Assembly: GCA_043228905.1 (NCBI GenBank)
Contig: JBHGNT010001404.1
Coordinates: forward strand, 1-8,941
Length of the DNA stretch: 8,941 bases
Source: Azolla caroliniana
Lineage: Eukaryota; Plantae; Polypodiophyta
Reading direction: 5' to 3'
Under the pieces are notes generated by a model. That model saw nothing but the letters and a program-made list of their open reading frames with translations, had not been told where the DNA came from and did not search any database. Position 1 is the first letter of the stretch; each line of letters begins with the position of its first letter. Shown piece by piece: positions 8,019 through 8,941 of the stretch. The position numbers and the translations under genes were made by a program.

Positions 8019-8290
8019 TACTGTTCTTCCTCTATCTCTCTGAGCTTTTCATCACAGACATCCATGTCACGTTTCTGATTTTCCTTCAATCTAAATCTCA
8101 GACATCCATGTCTGGTTGGAGAGTTTGAGTTGAGGATTTCTGATTTTTTTAGGGTTTCTGTTTTTGTTAGGTTTCGGTTGAGGTACAGAGACTGTTCTGA
8201 GGGTTTAGGTAGCAGCCAATAGTCACTTCTTTGACAACGACTTTCGTACTTCCACCGATTGCAGTTGATGTCGTGGTGATTTGGGGCTTT

Positions 8291-8485
8291 TTCCACCAAA
8301 TCGAGGCGGCATTGGAGGTTCCTTCCACCAAATCGAGGCGGCATATCCAACGCTCCCTCCACCATTGGAGGTTCCTTCCACCAAATCGAGGCTGCATATC
8401 CACGCTCCCTCCACCATTGGAGGTTCCTTCCACCAAATCGAGGCGGCATATCCAACGCTCCCTCCACCATTGGAGGTTCCTTCCA
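8291..8485. repeat. 52-53 bp minisatellite, 3 full units plus one internally deleted unit
   Basis: Unit ttccaccaaatcgaggcggcatatccaacgctccctccaccattggaggttcc at 8323-8375, 8376-8427 and 8428-8480, with a 32-bp deleted unit at 8291-8322. Confidence 0.95.
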
Positions 8486-8941
8486 TCCTTTTTTTTATTT
8501 TCAGTACTAAAATGTTTCATTTCTTCATATTTCAGTACTAAATTTTTAGAATTGACATTTGCCATATTTGATATGTAATTCTAATGTTTGAAACAAAATA
8601 TTTCTCACTTTTTGGCCACATTTAAAAACATTTGATTGTGTTTTCTTGGTTGAGTCTATATATCCACGCTCCCTCCACCATTGGAGGTTCCTTCCATCCA
8701 TTTTTTTCATTTTCAGTACTAAAATGTTTCATTTCTTCATATTTCAGTACTAAATTTTTAGAATTGACATTTGCCATATTTGATATGTAATTCTAATGTT
8801 TGAAACAAAATATTTCTCACTTTTTGGCCACATTTAAAAACATTTGATTGTGTTTTCTTGGTTGAGTCTATATATCCACGCTCCCTCCACCATTGGAGGT
8901 TCCTTCCATCCATTTTTTTCATTTTCAGTACTAAAATGTTT
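8448..8941. repeat. 211-212 bp tandem repeat, ~2.3 near-identical copies, continuing past the window end
   Basis: The anchor cgctccctcc recurs at 8456, 8667 and 8879. The intervening AT-rich sequence is identical except in the T run after ttccatcc. Confidence 0.95.

Larger units (their letters stand above)
7755..8941. mobile_element. End of an unidentified repeat-rich element (possibly a DNA transposon) interrupting the copia RNase H
   Basis: Copia homology stops abruptly at ~7754 and is followed by CACGCTACGGGGTACC. Clustered AGTACT-containing motifs in both orientations follow, then internal tandem arrays. No transposase and no second terminus are visible. Confidence 0.45.

Noticed and set aside
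7869-8578. Overlapping ORFs of 69-170 aa on both strands
   Set aside because: They are by-products of the stop-poor 53-bp repeat (the same peptides recur in several frames) and show no recognisable domain.
8291-8941. CRISPR-like array (hairpin-containing ~37-bp repeat with spacers)
   Set aside because: The spacers are copies of each other rather than unique, there are no cas genes, and the context is eukaryotic. It is a tandem repeat.

Overview
Eukaryotic land-plant genomic DNA (my impression is a moss or other non-seed plant, which the sequence alone cannot confirm). Left end: the first two coding exons of a minus-strand NIP-subfamily aquaporin/metalloid channel gene (exon 1 1119-1268, exon 2 242-466, NPS motif and Ala at ar/R H2); the rest of the gene lies left of the window. 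Most of the remainder is a nested transposon cluster. Two decayed L1-type LINE copies of one family face each other tail-to-tail (3048-3818 +, 4283-6388 -). A Ty1/copia element is inserted in the RT domain of the second LINE; its 3' LTR (6389-6844), PPT and RNase H are visible. From about 7755 an unidentified repeat-rich element interrupts the copia RNase H and carries interlocking 53-bp and ~212-bp tandem arrays. The most unusual feature is a 204-codon in-frame extension of copia Pol, bracketed by two identical PPT motifs and containing a synonymously diverged 8-aa repeat and histone-tail-like motifs. No CRISPR array or RNA gene was found.
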